Origin: an uncultured Acidobacteriota bacterium
GTDB taxonomy: Bacteria > Acidobacteriota > JAAYUB01
Direction: 5' to 3'
NCBI GenBank assembly: GCA_964436005.1
Contig: CAYTBK010000005.1
Coordinates: 3,041-67,040, forward strand
Length of the DNA: 64,000 bases
Under the pieces are notes generated by a model. That model searched no databases. It was not told where the DNA came from and was given only the letters and a program-made list of their open reading frames with translations. How positions within the stretch are numbered: the stretch's first letter is position 1; every line of letters begins with the position of its first letter. Below, in pieces: positions 29,692 to 40,600 of this stretch. A program made the translations under genes and the position numbers.

Positions 29692-30858
29692 CTATTTGGG
29701 GGGCGTTGTGCCGAGGGCGGCCCGGAAGAGTTTCACGTAACTTTCCACCACTGATTCCCAGGAGTATCGATCCCGCGCCCGGCGTTCCGCCTTTTCTTTC
29801 AGCTCGGCGTGGGCCTCGGCCCGGTCTTCGACTTGCTGGAGCAGGCGGAGCGCCTCGTCCAGGTCCGACGAGCGGAAAAGGATGCCGGCATCCCCGACGA
29901 CCTCCCGGTTTTCCGGGGTGTCCAGGGAGAAGATGACGTTGCCCACCGCCATGTTCTCCACCAGCGCCGGGTGTGTGCCGCCCACCTCGGTGGCGTGGAT
30001 GTAGCAGAAGGCGTTGGAAACGAGTTCGCGGTACCCGTCCCCGTAGATGGCCCCGGGGAACAGGACGCGAGGATCGGGCGTGGCTTTCAGGCTGGCGATG
30101 TACTCCCGGGAATAGGGGGCATCGCCGAGAATCACCAGTCGTTTGCCCGTCCGGAGGCCGGCGAACAGGCGAATGACGAGGTGGGCGTTGTTTTCCGGTT
30201 CCAGGCGGCTCACGTACAGGTAGTATTCGCCGGGCTTCAGGCCGAGTGCGGCCAGCGTTTCGCCGGGCGGGGCGACGACCGGCTGGGCGCCATACGGTAT
30301 CATCACGGATTCCTTGCGATAGCGTGTCTGGTAGTACTGCCGGATGTGCTCGGCGTCGGTGACCACCGCGGTCGGCATGAAGCAGGACAACCTTTCGGAA
30401 AGCCGGTACCAGGCACGGCCGATGACGTTCCATTTTTTCCGGTTCTTCTCCAGCCCGTCGACGTTGAGGATTACCCTGGTGCCCAGGAGGCGGGGCAGAA
30501 AGCAGAAGACGGCGTTGGCGGCGTTGCAGGCCAGGATGATGTCGTAGCGGCTCCCCAGCGAGTGTAGCATGGAAAGAAACGTGTGGGAGACGGTGTCGAA
30601 GTACTTGTGCCGCAGGGCGGGCAAGGTGATCAGCCTGACTCCCTGGAACAGCCGGAGGCCCGGGACCGCGTAATGCTTTCGGCAGTATACGGTTACCTGA
30701 TGGCCAGACACGGCCAGGCGCGTCGAGAGTTCCTGGGCGAAGGTTTCGAAGCCGCCGTAATTGGCCGGGATGCCTCGCGTGCCCATGACGGCGATGCGAA
30801 GCGCGCGGCCTTCGGTTCCGGCGGACGAGGCGGATGGGGGACGGTTTTCTTTCAGCAT
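29692..30858 (-). CDS. glycosyltransferase family 4 (DUF1972 N-domain + Glycos_transf_1)
   Basis: RIAVMGTRGIPANYGGFETF N-terminal domain; EGFGL-type C-terminal motifs; start chosen at the second ATG. Confidence 0.8.
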   Translation of the reverse strand: MLKENRPPSASSAGTEGRALRIAVMGTRGIPANYGGFETFAQELSTRLAVSGHQVTVYCRKHYAVPGLRLFQGVRLITLPALRHKYFDTVSHTFLSMLHSLGSRYDIILACNAANAVFCFLPRLLGTRVILNVDGLEKNRKKWNVIGRAWYRLSERLSCFMPTAVVTDAEHIRQYYQTRYRKESVMIPYGAQPVVAPPGETLAALGLKPGEYYLYVSRLEPENNAHLVIRLFAGLRTGKRLVILGDAPYSREYIASLKATPDPRVLFPGAIYGDGYRELVSNAFCYIHATEVGGTHPALVENMAVGNVIFSLDTPENREVVGDAGILFRSSDLDEALRLLQQVEDRAEAHAELKEKAERRARDRYSWESVVESYVKLFRAALGTTPPK

Positions 30859-30956
30859 GGTCGGTTCATTCCGGTTCGAATTCGTTCCTTGGCATTGGAG
30901 TCGGGTTGCATGATAGAATTCTTTTGCCGTCTTGCTTCGCACTGCGGGAGGATCCC

Positions 30957-31577
30957 ATGAACAGACCCCTGACTTTCCTGGAGCGTTTCTACCTGGTCGA
31001 AATATGCCGAGGTCTATGGGTTACGTCCACCCGGTTTTTCAAGAACCTGGGGCTGCATACGCTTCACCGCCTCGGGGTGTGCCGGAAACGGAAAGCCGGG
31101 GTTACCTGCCAGTGGCCGGAGGAGCCCCGCCCGCCGGCCCGCCGGCTCCGTGCCCGGCACCGCATCATGAAACGCCCCGACGGTTCCCCCCGCTGTGTGG
31201 CCTGTATGATGTGCGAAACCATCTGCCCGGCCCGCTGCATCTCCATTGTAGCGGAAGAACACCCGGATGTTCGCATCGAAAAACGGCCAAAAAGCTTCGA
31301 CATCAACATCGGCATGTGCGTCTACTGCGGCTATTGCGTGGAGGCCTGCCCGGAAGACGCCATCCGGATGGACTCCTATGATGTCCGTACGGCGTCCTGG
31401 ACGAGGGAGGGGCTGATCCTTCACCTCGAGAATCTGACCGATCATGGAAACGAGGACTGCTACATGGCCGGGGCCGGCGGTCGCGCTTTTTCCTCCTCGC
31501 CTGATGCGGCGCCCCGGCTCGGGGTTCCACCCCGGGACCGGAAAGACCCGCTGGCGCACCTGGCCGAAAGCGGTTGA
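30957..31577 (+). CDS. NuoI-like 2x[4Fe-4S] ferredoxin (NADH-quinone oxidoreductase subunit I homologue; orphan)
   Basis: CVACMMCETICPA and CVYCGYCVEACPEDAI motifs; SD gggagg. Confidence 0.8.
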   Translation: MNRPLTFLERFYLVEICRGLWVTSTRFFKNLGLHTLHRLGVCRKRKAGVTCQWPEEPRPPARRLRARHRIMKRPDGSPRCVACMMCETICPARCISIVAEEHPDVRIEKRPKSFDINIGMCVYCGYCVEACPEDAIRMDSYDVRTASWTREGLILHLENLTDHGNEDCYMAGAGGRAFSSSPDAAPRLGVPPRDRKDPLAHLAESG

Positions 31578-31609
31578 CCACCTGGCCGGCGGCGAACATG
31601 GGGTCGGGC

Positions 31610-32602
31610 ATGACCTTTCGGGACGCGACGAGCGATGGGCGGGCCGTGTGCGGGCGATTCGCTCCGACGCCGAGCGGCCCCCTGCATTTCGGGTCCATCC
31701 TGGCGGCCCTGGCGAGCTTCCTCAATGCCCGCTCCCAGGGCGGGGCGTGGCGCCTCCGCATCGACGACCTGGACGAGCCCCGCGTGGTGCCCGGCGCGTC
31801 CGACCAGATCCTCCGCACCTTGGAGGCCTTCGGGTTCGATTGGGACGGCGAGGTCGTGTACCAGAGCCGCCGGCAGGAAGCCTACCGGGAAGCCTTTTCC
31901 TTTCTGAAGAAATCAGGTGCCCTGTACCGGTGTTCCTGCTCGCGGCGGGACATCGGGGCGGGGCGCGTCCGGGGGGTCGACAACACCCCCGTCTACCCGG
32001 GAACCTGCCGGGAGGCTCCGGCCGACCCGGCTGGGCGGCTGTCCTGGCGGTTCCGCGTGCCCGCGGGCGAGTTCATCTTCACGGATGCCGTTCAGGGGGA
32101 ACGCCGCTTCCGCCTGGAAGAGGATTTCGGCGATTTCGTGGTCGTCCGCGCTGACAACACCTTATCCTACCATGTCGCGACCGTGATCGACGACCACTTC
32201 CAAGGCGTCACCGAGGTCGTCCGGGGCAGCGACCTGCTGGGCTCGGCCTGCCGGCAGGCGCTCCTGTACCGGGCCCTGGCGCTCCCTTGGCCGGTTTGGG
32301 CGCATATTCCGGTGGCCGTGGACGAGAATGGCGACAAGCTCAGCAAGCAGACCAAAGCGGCACCCGTCTGCACGTCGAGGTCTGGCGTCGCCCTGTGGGA
32401 AGCGTTGGCATTTCTCGGGCAGGGCCCGCCCCCCGCACTGCGGAACGGTCCGCCCGCGGAGGTGATCGCCTGGGGCCGGAGCCACTGGGCGGTCCCGGCC
32501 ATTCCGGCCCGGGAGTCCATCAGGCTGTCACGCAGGGATCCTCTGGCGTCGGCGGGAAAAACTGTTTCTCCAACGATTCGTAGTAATCGATCACCCTCCT
32601 GA
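31610..32602 (+). CDS. gluQ: glutamyl-Q tRNA(Asp) synthetase (GluQRS/YadB)
   Basis: GRFAPTPSGPLHFGSILAAL class I HIGH-like motif and KLSKQ; start chosen by similarity to the E. coli YadB N-terminus (the ORF opens at TTG 31574). Confidence 0.8.
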   Translation: MTFRDATSDGRAVCGRFAPTPSGPLHFGSILAALASFLNARSQGGAWRLRIDDLDEPRVVPGASDQILRTLEAFGFDWDGEVVYQSRRQEAYREAFSFLKKSGALYRCSCSRRDIGAGRVRGVDNTPVYPGTCREAPADPAGRLSWRFRVPAGEFIFTDAVQGERRFRLEEDFGDFVVVRADNTLSYHVATVIDDHFQGVTEVVRGSDLLGSACRQALLYRALALPWPVWAHIPVAVDENGDKLSKQTKAAPVCTSRSGVALWEALAFLGQGPPPALRNGPPAEVIAWGRSHWAVPAIPARESIRLSRRDPLASAGKTVSPTIRSNRSPS

Positions 32603-33764
32603 CGTAGCTGCGCTTTTCCGTGTAGGGCCCCGGGAAGAAACTGCGCTTGAAACCATAGATCAGCATGTTGCGCAAGTCTTTTCGGGTAAATGGGAAGTGC
32701 CGCAAGGCGAGGGAAAGCTCGCGGCACGTGTCGGTGCGGGAAACCAGCCGGTTGTCCGTTCCCAGCGTGTAGCTGAGTTTCCTTTTCTTCATCTCGCCGA
32801 AGGGGTGGTTGGACAAGTCCCCGATGGTGGCGTCCGTCTGCAGGTTGCTGGACAGGCACACCTCCAGGGTGACCCGTCCGTCCGCGATGAACTGGCTCAG
32901 TTTGTCCACGTAGCGTTTCCGCTCTTCCACGGAGCCGTTGGGCATCAGTTCGTGGTGGTAGAGGTGGCAGCCGTGCCCGATGCGGTCGGCGTACAGCTCC
33001 GTGATGGCCTGGAAGATGCTGGGCGGGCCGAAGGCTTCGCCCGCGTGCACCGTCTTCTTCATGAAGTTCTTGTGCACGTACTGGAAAGCTTCCTTGTGGT
33101 CGATGGCCGGCCAGCCGCTCTCGTCCCCCGCCAGGTCGAACCCCACGATGGGCAGGCCGAGCCGGTCACGGATGCTGACGACGGCCCTGGCCAGTTCCAT
33201 GGATGCCTGCTTGAAGACCTCCTTGGGCGGAGCGAAGCGGTTCACGTCGAATAGCCGCTTGTAATACTGGGAGAAAAACGGCTCGAATTTGCGCATGGCG
33301 CAGACGATGATGCCGTATTCGGCCGGGGGTTCGCTGCCGTTGAGAACGCCGGCGCAAGTCTGGTTGAAGAGGTCGCGGGCCCGTTTCAGGCCGCGGTCCA
33401 CGGAAAGCAGGATGTCCTCCCAGGACAAACCGTCATGGACGTGGAGCTGGGGGGCGAAGCGGACTTCGATGTACCGGCAGCCTTCCCGCAGGTTGTCTTC
33501 CATCAACTCGAAAGAGGCTCGTTCCAAATTTTCGGCGGTCTGCAGGACGGCAACCGTGTACTGGAAACCTTGCAGGTACTCGGTAAGATCGGCGTAGGTC
33601 TCTCGAAATACTTGTTTGTAAAGCCCTTCTGGAGAATAGGCGGGAAGCTTGACATTTTCCTGTTTCGCCAGCTCGATCAGCGTGCCGATGCGGAGAGAGC
33701 CGTCCAGGTGCAGGTGCAGATCGCATTTGGGGAGGCGTCGGATGATTTCCGGGCTGAGTATCAT
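32520..33764 (-). CDS. adenosine deaminase family protein
   Basis: CDLHLHLDGS metal-binding signature; SD gaggagg; 3' end overlaps gluQ convergently by ~80 nt. Confidence 0.8.
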   Translation of the reverse strand: MILSPEIIRRLPKCDLHLHLDGSLRIGTLIELAKQENVKLPAYSPEGLYKQVFRETYADLTEYLQGFQYTVAVLQTAENLERASFELMEDNLREGCRYIEVRFAPQLHVHDGLSWEDILLSVDRGLKRARDLFNQTCAGVLNGSEPPAEYGIIVCAMRKFEPFFSQYYKRLFDVNRFAPPKEVFKQASMELARAVVSIRDRLGLPIVGFDLAGDESGWPAIDHKEAFQYVHKNFMKKTVHAGEAFGPPSIFQAITELYADRIGHGCHLYHHELMPNGSVEERKRYVDKLSQFIADGRVTLEVCLSSNLQTDATIGDLSNHPFGEMKKRKLSYTLGTDNRLVSRTDTCRELSLALRHFPFTRKDLRNMLIYGFKRSFFPGPYTEKRSYVRRVIDYYESLEKQFFPPTPEDPCVTA

Positions 33765-33855
33765 GAGGGAACCCTCCTCGCACAATTTGGCCCACTATAC
33801 AGGAAAAGCGGGGTAATGCAAAAGGGACAATCATATTGACAAACGACTTCACGCC

Positions 33856-34593
33856 ATGTACCATCCTTTGAAACCGTCTGCTTGGGCGGCGGTTAGAGGG
33901 CAATGGGTAATGAAGCACACCCGGGATAAAGACGTCGTTCGACACTGCACTGAAACCCTCCGCAACGGCCCGATTCAGGAAGCCTACGCACTTCTTCCCC
34001 ATTTGAGCGTTTGCAAGGAAAACAGGATTCTGCCTGTGGTGTTGGAACTGCTTTTTTCGGGCGACCGGGAGAGGGAGGAATTCGCGGCCTGCGCCATCGC
34101 CGCCCTGTGCGATTCGTCCTGCCTGGAGAGCTTGCTGCGGAAACTGGAAGACGGGACCATCTACAGCGGGCCGGGCAGCCAGCGGCTGCAGATGGCGGTC
34201 CTGGAGGCCATCGGGGAACTGGGGGAGGATTCTGCGTCGGACAGCTTGCTGGCGCTCTTCCACCGCCGGATTCCGCGGGACAACTTCCGCCGGAAACGGC
34301 TCATCGTCGTCCAGGACGCGTTGGGGGCCATCGCCATGCAGGGCGGGGTGCGTGCCCTGGAGATCCTCACGGGTTTCCTCTCCCACGAGGACTACCTGGT
34401 CCGCGCCAATAGCATCACGAATATTTCAAATGCTTTCTGGCATCGTCCGAACGAAATGCCGCAGGAACTCTTCGATGCGCTGCTGGCCATGTTCAAGGAT
34501 CACAACCTTTACGTCCAGCACTCCCTGATCTCGGCCCTGGAGAACCTGGCAGACGTCGGCTGCCAGATGGCAGCCGACATCTTCGCCTCCTGA
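33856..34593 (+). CDS. HEAT/PBS-lyase-like repeat protein
   Basis: Repeated helical hairpins (VLELLFSGDRE...AACAIAALCD); start uncertain (alternative ATG at 33910). Confidence 0.55.
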   Translation: MYHPLKPSAWAAVRGQWVMKHTRDKDVVRHCTETLRNGPIQEAYALLPHLSVCKENRILPVVLELLFSGDREREEFAACAIAALCDSSCLESLLRKLEDGTIYSGPGSQRLQMAVLEAIGELGEDSASDSLLALFHRRIPRDNFRRKRLIVVQDALGAIAMQGGVRALEILTGFLSHEDYLVRANSITNISNAFWHRPNEMPQELFDALLAMFKDHNLYVQHSLISALENLADVGCQMAADIFAS

Positions 34594-35607
34594 TCAATTG
34601 GCCATTTTCTTGATTTCCGGCAGCAGGTCCTTCGCACTCTGGGAGTACTGGCCGGTGGGTTCCATCTTCATGTAGGTCTCGAGCGCTTCGAGCGAGCCCT
34701 TGGCGTCGCCCTTGTTCAGCAGGCACATGGATTTCTGGTAGTAGGCGGTGGCGTACTTGGGGTTGGCGTCCAGGCACTTGTTGAAAGCGTCCAGGGCCTC
34801 GTCGATCTTGGCGCTGTTGAGCATGATGACGCCCATGTTGTAGTAGTTCACATCGGCCCGCAGCGGGTCGACCTTGGCGGCTTCCGCGAAGGTCGCCTGC
34901 GCTTCGGCCGCCATGCCCTTCTTGTGGTAGATGGTGCCCAGGTTCGTCCGGAGGGCGCCGTCCTTGGGGGAGGATTCGATGGCCTTCTTGTACCAGTTGA
35001 TGGCCTCATCGTCCTTACCGGCCAGGGAGTAGCACTCGGCGATCTGGCCGAGGACCACGGGCTGGGTCGGGTCGATGGTGAGGGCCTGCTGAAGCTTCTG
35101 CGCGGCGCCTTCGTAATCCTTGTTGCTCTTGAGATCCATGGCTTCGTCGAAGTGCATCTTCACTTCCGCCGTGAGCTTCTCTTTCTTCTTGCGCTCTTCT
35201 TCCTCCTTCATCAGCTTCTCGCGTTCCTCCTTGGTCAGTTCCGAGGCGATGAAGCCGGTGCCGGGGGCCAGGGTGAAATCGAGGGGCGTCTCGTCCGTTC
35301 CCTCAGGCTTGGGGACCTGGGCGATCTCCTGGGGAGCGTAGCCCTCGATCTTGGTGAAGGCCTTGTATCGGCCCCACTGCAGGCGCTGCATGTACTGGCC
35401 GTCCTTGTTGGTCTTGATCGTGATGACCTTGCCCTGGTCGAGATCCTTGAAGGTGATCGTTACGTTGGGGATGGGCTGCCCGGTGCTGGCATCGAGAACC
35501 TTGCCCTTCACGAGGAAGGTCGAGGCGCCGAAACCGGAAAATGAAAAGAGCGCCAGGGCCAGGATCATCAGGCACGAAACGGTGACGAAAAGGCGTGCGT
35601 ATCTCAT
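34594..35607 (-). CDS. carboxypeptidase-regulatory-like + TPR repeat protein (secreted)
   Basis: SD aaggagg; signal peptide; VKGKVLDASTGQPIPNVTITF; multiple TPRs. Confidence 0.75.
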   Translation of the reverse strand: MRYARLFVTVSCLMILALALFSFSGFGASTFLVKGKVLDASTGQPIPNVTITFKDLDQGKVITIKTNKDGQYMQRLQWGRYKAFTKIEGYAPQEIAQVPKPEGTDETPLDFTLAPGTGFIASELTKEEREKLMKEEEERKKKEKLTAEVKMHFDEAMDLKSNKDYEGAAQKLQQALTIDPTQPVVLGQIAECYSLAGKDDEAINWYKKAIESSPKDGALRTNLGTIYHKKGMAAEAQATFAEAAKVDPLRADVNYYNMGVIMLNSAKIDEALDAFNKCLDANPKYATAYYQKSMCLLNKGDAKGSLEALETYMKMEPTGQYSQSAKDLLPEIKKMAN

Positions 35608-35682
35608 TGTATCCTCCTTGAATATGGCCAGTGCGACGCCGCTTCTGGACGCGTGTTGCAGCCGGCGAAACAAAAAATTATA

Positions 35683-36384
35683 TCAGACCGTCCTTACCGT
35701 TAGAACCCTCTTTTTGTAAGGGATCGGATCATCGATCCCCGCTTCGGCAAACCCTCGCAGCCTGAGGGCGCAACTGTCGCAGTCTCCGCAGGCCTCGTCG
35801 CCTGCGCGGTAGCAGGACCAGGTGAGGTGCAGCGGAGTTCCCAAACGGACACCTGTCCGGACGATTTCCGCCTTGGTCATGTGGATGACCGGGGCGACGA
35901 CCCGGATCCTGGTTGCCGGCGCCGTTCCAGCGTCCACCGCTCCTTGAAAGGCGTCGAGGAAGGCCTGGCTGCAGTCCGGGTAGCCGGACGAATCCTCCGC
36001 CACCGCCCCGATGACCACCGCCTCTGCCCTGGTGGCCTCCGCCCAGCTCACCGCGGCGGCCAGCAGGTTCGCGTTGCGGAAGGGCACATAGGTCCCCGGC
36101 AGGGTTTTTCGGTGCAGATCGGGCGTTTCGATGCTCCGGCTGCGGTCGGTCATGGAAGACCCGCCGATGGCCGCGATGTGCCCCATGTCGATCACCAGGC
36201 GCTCGCTGGCCCCGAAATGGTCGGCCAGGGCGTGAAAACAGGCCAGTTCCTTCTCTTCCGTCCTTTGCCGGTAGTTCGCGTGCAGGAACAGGAGTTCCCG
36301 GCACCACTCGCGAGCGATGGAGGCGCACACGGCGCTGTCCATCCCTCCGCTGACGACGACCACGGCTTTTTCGCAGGCGATCAT
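35683..36384 (-). CDS. queC: 7-cyano-7-deazaguanine synthase QueC
   Basis: VVVVSGGMDSAV PP-loop; C-terminal CxxCxxC zinc motif. Confidence 0.9.
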   Translation of the reverse strand: MIACEKAVVVVSGGMDSAVCASIAREWCRELLFLHANYRQRTEEKELACFHALADHFGASERLVIDMGHIAAIGGSSMTDRSRSIETPDLHRKTLPGTYVPFRNANLLAAAVSWAEATRAEAVVIGAVAEDSSGYPDCSQAFLDAFQGAVDAGTAPATRIRVVAPVIHMTKAEIVRTGVRLGTPLHLTWSCYRAGDEACGDCDSCALRLRGFAEAGIDDPIPYKKRVLTVRTV

Positions 36385-36755
36385 GACTCCTTCTCCCGAT
36401 AGGTGGCGGACATGCCGGGGGTTTCGAAGACTGTTACGGAAAGCAGCCGGCAGGGTGCCGGGATGGCGGCCCCGAGCTCCCGGAAAATGAAGGCGGCCAG
36501 GTTCTCCGCCGACGGGTTGGCTTCGCGGAACGGCTCCAGTTCGTTCAGCACCTGGTGGTCGAGTCGGTCCAGCACTTTTCGGGCCTCCGCGTTGACGTCG
36601 CAGAAGTCCATGGCCAGTCCGCAGTCGTCCAACCGGTCGCTTCCCAGGCGCACTTCCACGATCCAGTTGTGCCCGTGCATGCGCTCGCAGCGGCCCCGGT
36701 AGTTGCGCAGCTGGTGGGCGGCGGAAAATTCGAGGCGGACCATCAATTCCCACAT
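36381..36755 (-). CDS. queD: 6-carboxy-5,6,7,8-tetrahydropterin synthase QueD
   Basis: EFSAAHQL...CERMHGHN motif; ATGA overlap with queC. Confidence 0.9.
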   Translation of the reverse strand: MWELMVRLEFSAAHQLRNYRGRCERMHGHNWIVEVRLGSDRLDDCGLAMDFCDVNAEARKVLDRLDHQVLNELEPFREANPSAENLAAFIFRELGAAIPAPCRLLSVTVFETPGMSATYREKES

Positions 36756-36811
36756 AGTCGTTTCCCCCGTTACGGTCTCTGCCCGATAGATGTCACGATC
36801 GATGAAATGTT

Positions 36812-37426
36812 TCAGGGGTTCGGGGGCGGTTCGTAGACCAGGCGTTTATGGGAGTCCCAGAGATCCCCCGAGGGATTCATCCGATAAGTGGGGAACAAGG
36901 GATCATCCGGAACGGCCGATATTTCGAAAGACGCTTCGTCCCTTTCTCCATTGCATTTGCAGGAAAAAGTATAGCCATTGATATGGACGTCCGTCGAGGC
37001 GAAGCGGGCATCCAGCAGGCCGGCGGCAGCCAGTTCCCGAAAGCTTCCGTAACGGGCGTTGTCCATGAGGAATGTACCCTGGGCCGACCGGATCGTGGTG
37101 AAGACATCCGTGACGTTGGGAACCGGTTTGACAGTGGGCAGCGCGTATCCCGTCATCGGGGTGCTGTATTCCACGGCTTTTTCCTTCGGGGGAAGCGCCC
37201 CCTGGTCTTCTTTCGCCATATCGCCCGTCCGCACCTTCTCCCCGGTGGCGGTCAGCATCCAGATCAGCAGGAAAAGGAGCAACAAGCCGGCGAATGCCGC
37301 CCCGTAGCGGAATTTCCAGTCTGCCAACCATTCCCGCTTGATCCGGAAAACGCTCTTCCAGGCCTTGTTTCCGAACACACGATCCTCCGGTGTCTGCCAT
37401 CGTTTGCAAATTGCAATTGTAAACAT
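36812..37426 (-). CDS. hypothetical single-pass membrane protein
   Basis: Forms the 3' end of a 2600-aa antisense shadow ORF, but has protein-like composition and one TM helix (AAFAGLLLLFLLIWMLTA); no clear SD. Confidence 0.5.
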   Translation of the reverse strand: MFTIAICKRWQTPEDRVFGNKAWKSVFRIKREWLADWKFRYGAAFAGLLLLFLLIWMLTATGEKVRTGDMAKEDQGALPPKEKAVEYSTPMTGYALPTVKPVPNVTDVFTTIRSAQGTFLMDNARYGSFRELAAAGLLDARFASTDVHINGYTFSCKCNGERDEASFEISAVPDDPLFPTYRMNPSGDLWDSHKRLVYEPPPNP

Positions 37427-37663
37427 CTGCCCTGCCGGAATCAAGTGGGAAGCAAGGTCGGGGCGGGTGCGGCTTTCCAGCGGGGTGCACGCCGTTTCGC
37501 GGCGTTTTCCGGAGGGGGCCCCGGGCGGGCGTTCACCGGGCCAGGCGTGCCCGCGGCCGTTACAACTTTGGCAAGTCCCGGTATTTCGGAAAGTGAAAAA
37601 CGGGCGGTTCGGGGTAAAATCAGAGGAAAACACCGGTATGAATCTGTCCTGGGGAGGTTGCCG

Positions 37664-40600
37664 ATGCGAAAGGGAAGTGCGGGGGGGCGGCTGGGGGCCG
37701 CTGCCGTTTGGACACTGTTGGTCGGGTGCCTGCTCGCGGTCCATTCCGTTCCGCTGCGAGCCGGGTACTACACGTATTCCTGGGGCAGCAATGCCTACGG
37801 CCAGCTGGGAGATCCGGCCGCCGGGACGGTGCAGCTCTCCCCCTACTTCATTTCCGCCCTGGGGGACAGCTATCTGACCGTGCACGCCGGCAACGGCTTT
37901 TCCGTTGCGCTCCTGTCCGAAGGGATGGTGAAGGCCTGGGGGAAAAACAACCAGGGCCAACTGGGGAACGGGACCATGGGCACCGACATGCCCTACCCGG
38001 TGGCCGTCTCGGGCCTGACTGACGTGAAGGCGCTTTCGGCAGGAGACTCCCATGTGCTCGCGGTCCGTTTCGACCGGACGGTCTGGACCTGGGGCGCCAA
38101 CACGAGCGGCCAACTGGGCGACGGGACCAGCGCCAGCCGGGATGTCCCCTCCATGGTCGGGCAACTGGCGGGCGTGGTGGCTGTCGCTGCCGGCGGCGGG
38201 CATTCCCTGGCCCTCCGGGACGACGGAACGGTCTGGGCCTGGGGCGGAAACAGCCAGGGGCAACTGGGGATTGGCGACACCAGGAACCGGTGGACGCCCG
38301 TTCAGGTTCCGGGTCTGACCGGCGTGGCTGTCATCGCCTGCGGAAAGGACCACTCGCTCGCCCTGAAATGCGACGGCACGGTCTGGGCCTGGGGAAGCAA
38401 TGACAAGGGCCAGCTCGGGATCGGTTCTTCGGCGTCGTATGTCGCTTCGCCTGCGCAGGTCAGGACGCTGGGCGCGGACGAGGCCAGCAAGGCGATGGCC
38501 CTGGCCGCGGGGGCCAGGCACTCGGTGGCCGTGGCGGCGGACGGCACGGCCTGGGCCTGGGGTTGGAACGCCTACGGCCAGTTGGGCAACGGGGGGACCA
38601 GCGACGCCAGTTCCCCGGTCCGCTGCAAGTTGGCGGACGGAGGCGAGACCGTGGCCGTGGCCGGCGGATCCGGTCATACCCTGGCGATCCGGACCAACAC
38701 GGGCGAAGCCAACTTCAACATCGTCTGGGCCTGGGGGCGGAACCGGGAAGGGCAGCTCGGGGTCAGTTCGCTCCAGGACAAGATCGACCCGGTTTCCACG
38801 GGCCTCGGGCAGGTGTCGAGCCTGTCCGCAGGGTACAACCACTCTCTGGCCCAGGCCAGCATGGTCGCCACGGCCCCTGCCATCCTCTTCCCGCCGCTGG
38901 GTGGCGACGTTCTGCGGGGAAGCTCGGCCACGCTGACCGTGGGCGCCTCGGGCAAGCCGAGGCTGCAGTTCCAGTGGTACCGGGGCCCCCAGTACTGCAC
39001 GACCGATCCGGTCGCGGGAGCAGTCTACCCGACGTTCGTCACGCCTCCCGTCACGGCGGAGGTTTCCTACTGGGTGAAAATCCAGTGCGAGGACGGATAC
39101 GTGTGCAGCACGGCGGCGGTCCTCACGCCGGTGGAGGGCCCCACCATCACCCGGCAGCCGAATTCCCCCGCCGGCTGTTTCGGGCAGAGCGTGTCGATTT
39201 CCCTGTCGGCGTCGGGGACGCGTCCCCTGAAATACCATTGGTACGAGGGGGAAAGGGGAGACACCAGCAAGCCGGTGGGTTCCAACAGCGAGGCCTATTC
39301 GCTCGTCATCGAGGAGACGAAGAAATTCTGGGTCAGGGTGACCAACGACTACGGGCAGGCGGACAGCGAGACGGCGACCGTGACCCTGCGGCAGGCGGTG
39401 GGAATCCTCTCGCATCCCTCCCCCACTTCCGTCTATGCCGGGGAGAGCGCCAGCCTGGTCGTCGTGCCCGTCGGCGACGGCGTGACCGGCCAGTGGTACC
39501 GCGGCGCTTCCGGCGACACTTCCGCTCCCGTCGGTACCGGCTTGACGCTGAACACCGGCCCACTGACGGCTTCCGCCGACTTCTGGGCCCGCCTGACCAA
39601 CCCATGCGGGGTGGCCGACAGCCGGGCGGCGAGAGTGACCGTGCTCACGGGCGGTCCGGTCGCGCCCGGCGATGTCCGGGCCGTCAACACGTCGTCCACG
39701 GCGGTTCTCCTGACCTGGTTCAGCGGAAACGCGGCTACGGCCCAGATCGAAATCCAGCGGAAAACCGGTGCGGGCGGGACGTTCGCCCACGTCGCCACCG
39801 TCCGCGGCGACCTGACTTCCTGGAGCGAGGACGGCCTGGTTTCCAACGAGACGTACTGCTACCGCCTCCGGGCCGTCCATGTCGGGGTCGCCTCGGCCTG
39901 GTCCAACGAGGCGTGCGCCTGGTTGCAGACCTGCGCGGTCCCGCAGGCGAAAACCGCCGGCGCCCAGGTGCTCGGCGCCAGTTCGGCCGTCCTGCGAGGT
40001 TCGGTGGTTTCGACGCAATGCGGAGCGACGGCCTGGTTCGAGTACGGGCCGACTTTGGAGTACGGTTCCTTCAGCAACCGGATCAGCGTCGGACAGGGAC
40101 CCGGGGAAACCCGGTTCTCCACCCAGCTCGACGGCCTGCAGAACGGTTCGGTCTACCATTTCCGGGCCGCGGCCCAGAATGAAGCCGGCACCGTCTACGG
40201 CGAGGACATGGTGCTGGAAATCCATGTGGGCACCTGGGTGGTCGGGACGCTGGACGACCCGGCCGCCGGGAAGACGGGCGACGCGCTCTCCCTGCGCGAG
40301 GCCCTCGCCCTGGCCGAAGCCGCGGCCGGTTCCGACCAGCAGATCGTCACCTTCGACCAGAGCCTGCCGGCTCCCCGCATCGTGCGGCTGAACGGCCCGC
40401 TGCCTCCCTTCCAGCGGGGGAATGTCACGCTGGAGGGCACCATGCCCGGCAGCAACGGCGGGCCCGGCACCATTCTCGTCACCTGGGCCGACGGGGCGAA
40501 CGTCAACCGGGAGAACGCTTTCTTCTCCATCCTCTCCCCCGGCAACGTTTTGGCCGACCTGACCATCGGCGGGAGCAACGGCGACGGCATCCGGATCCTG

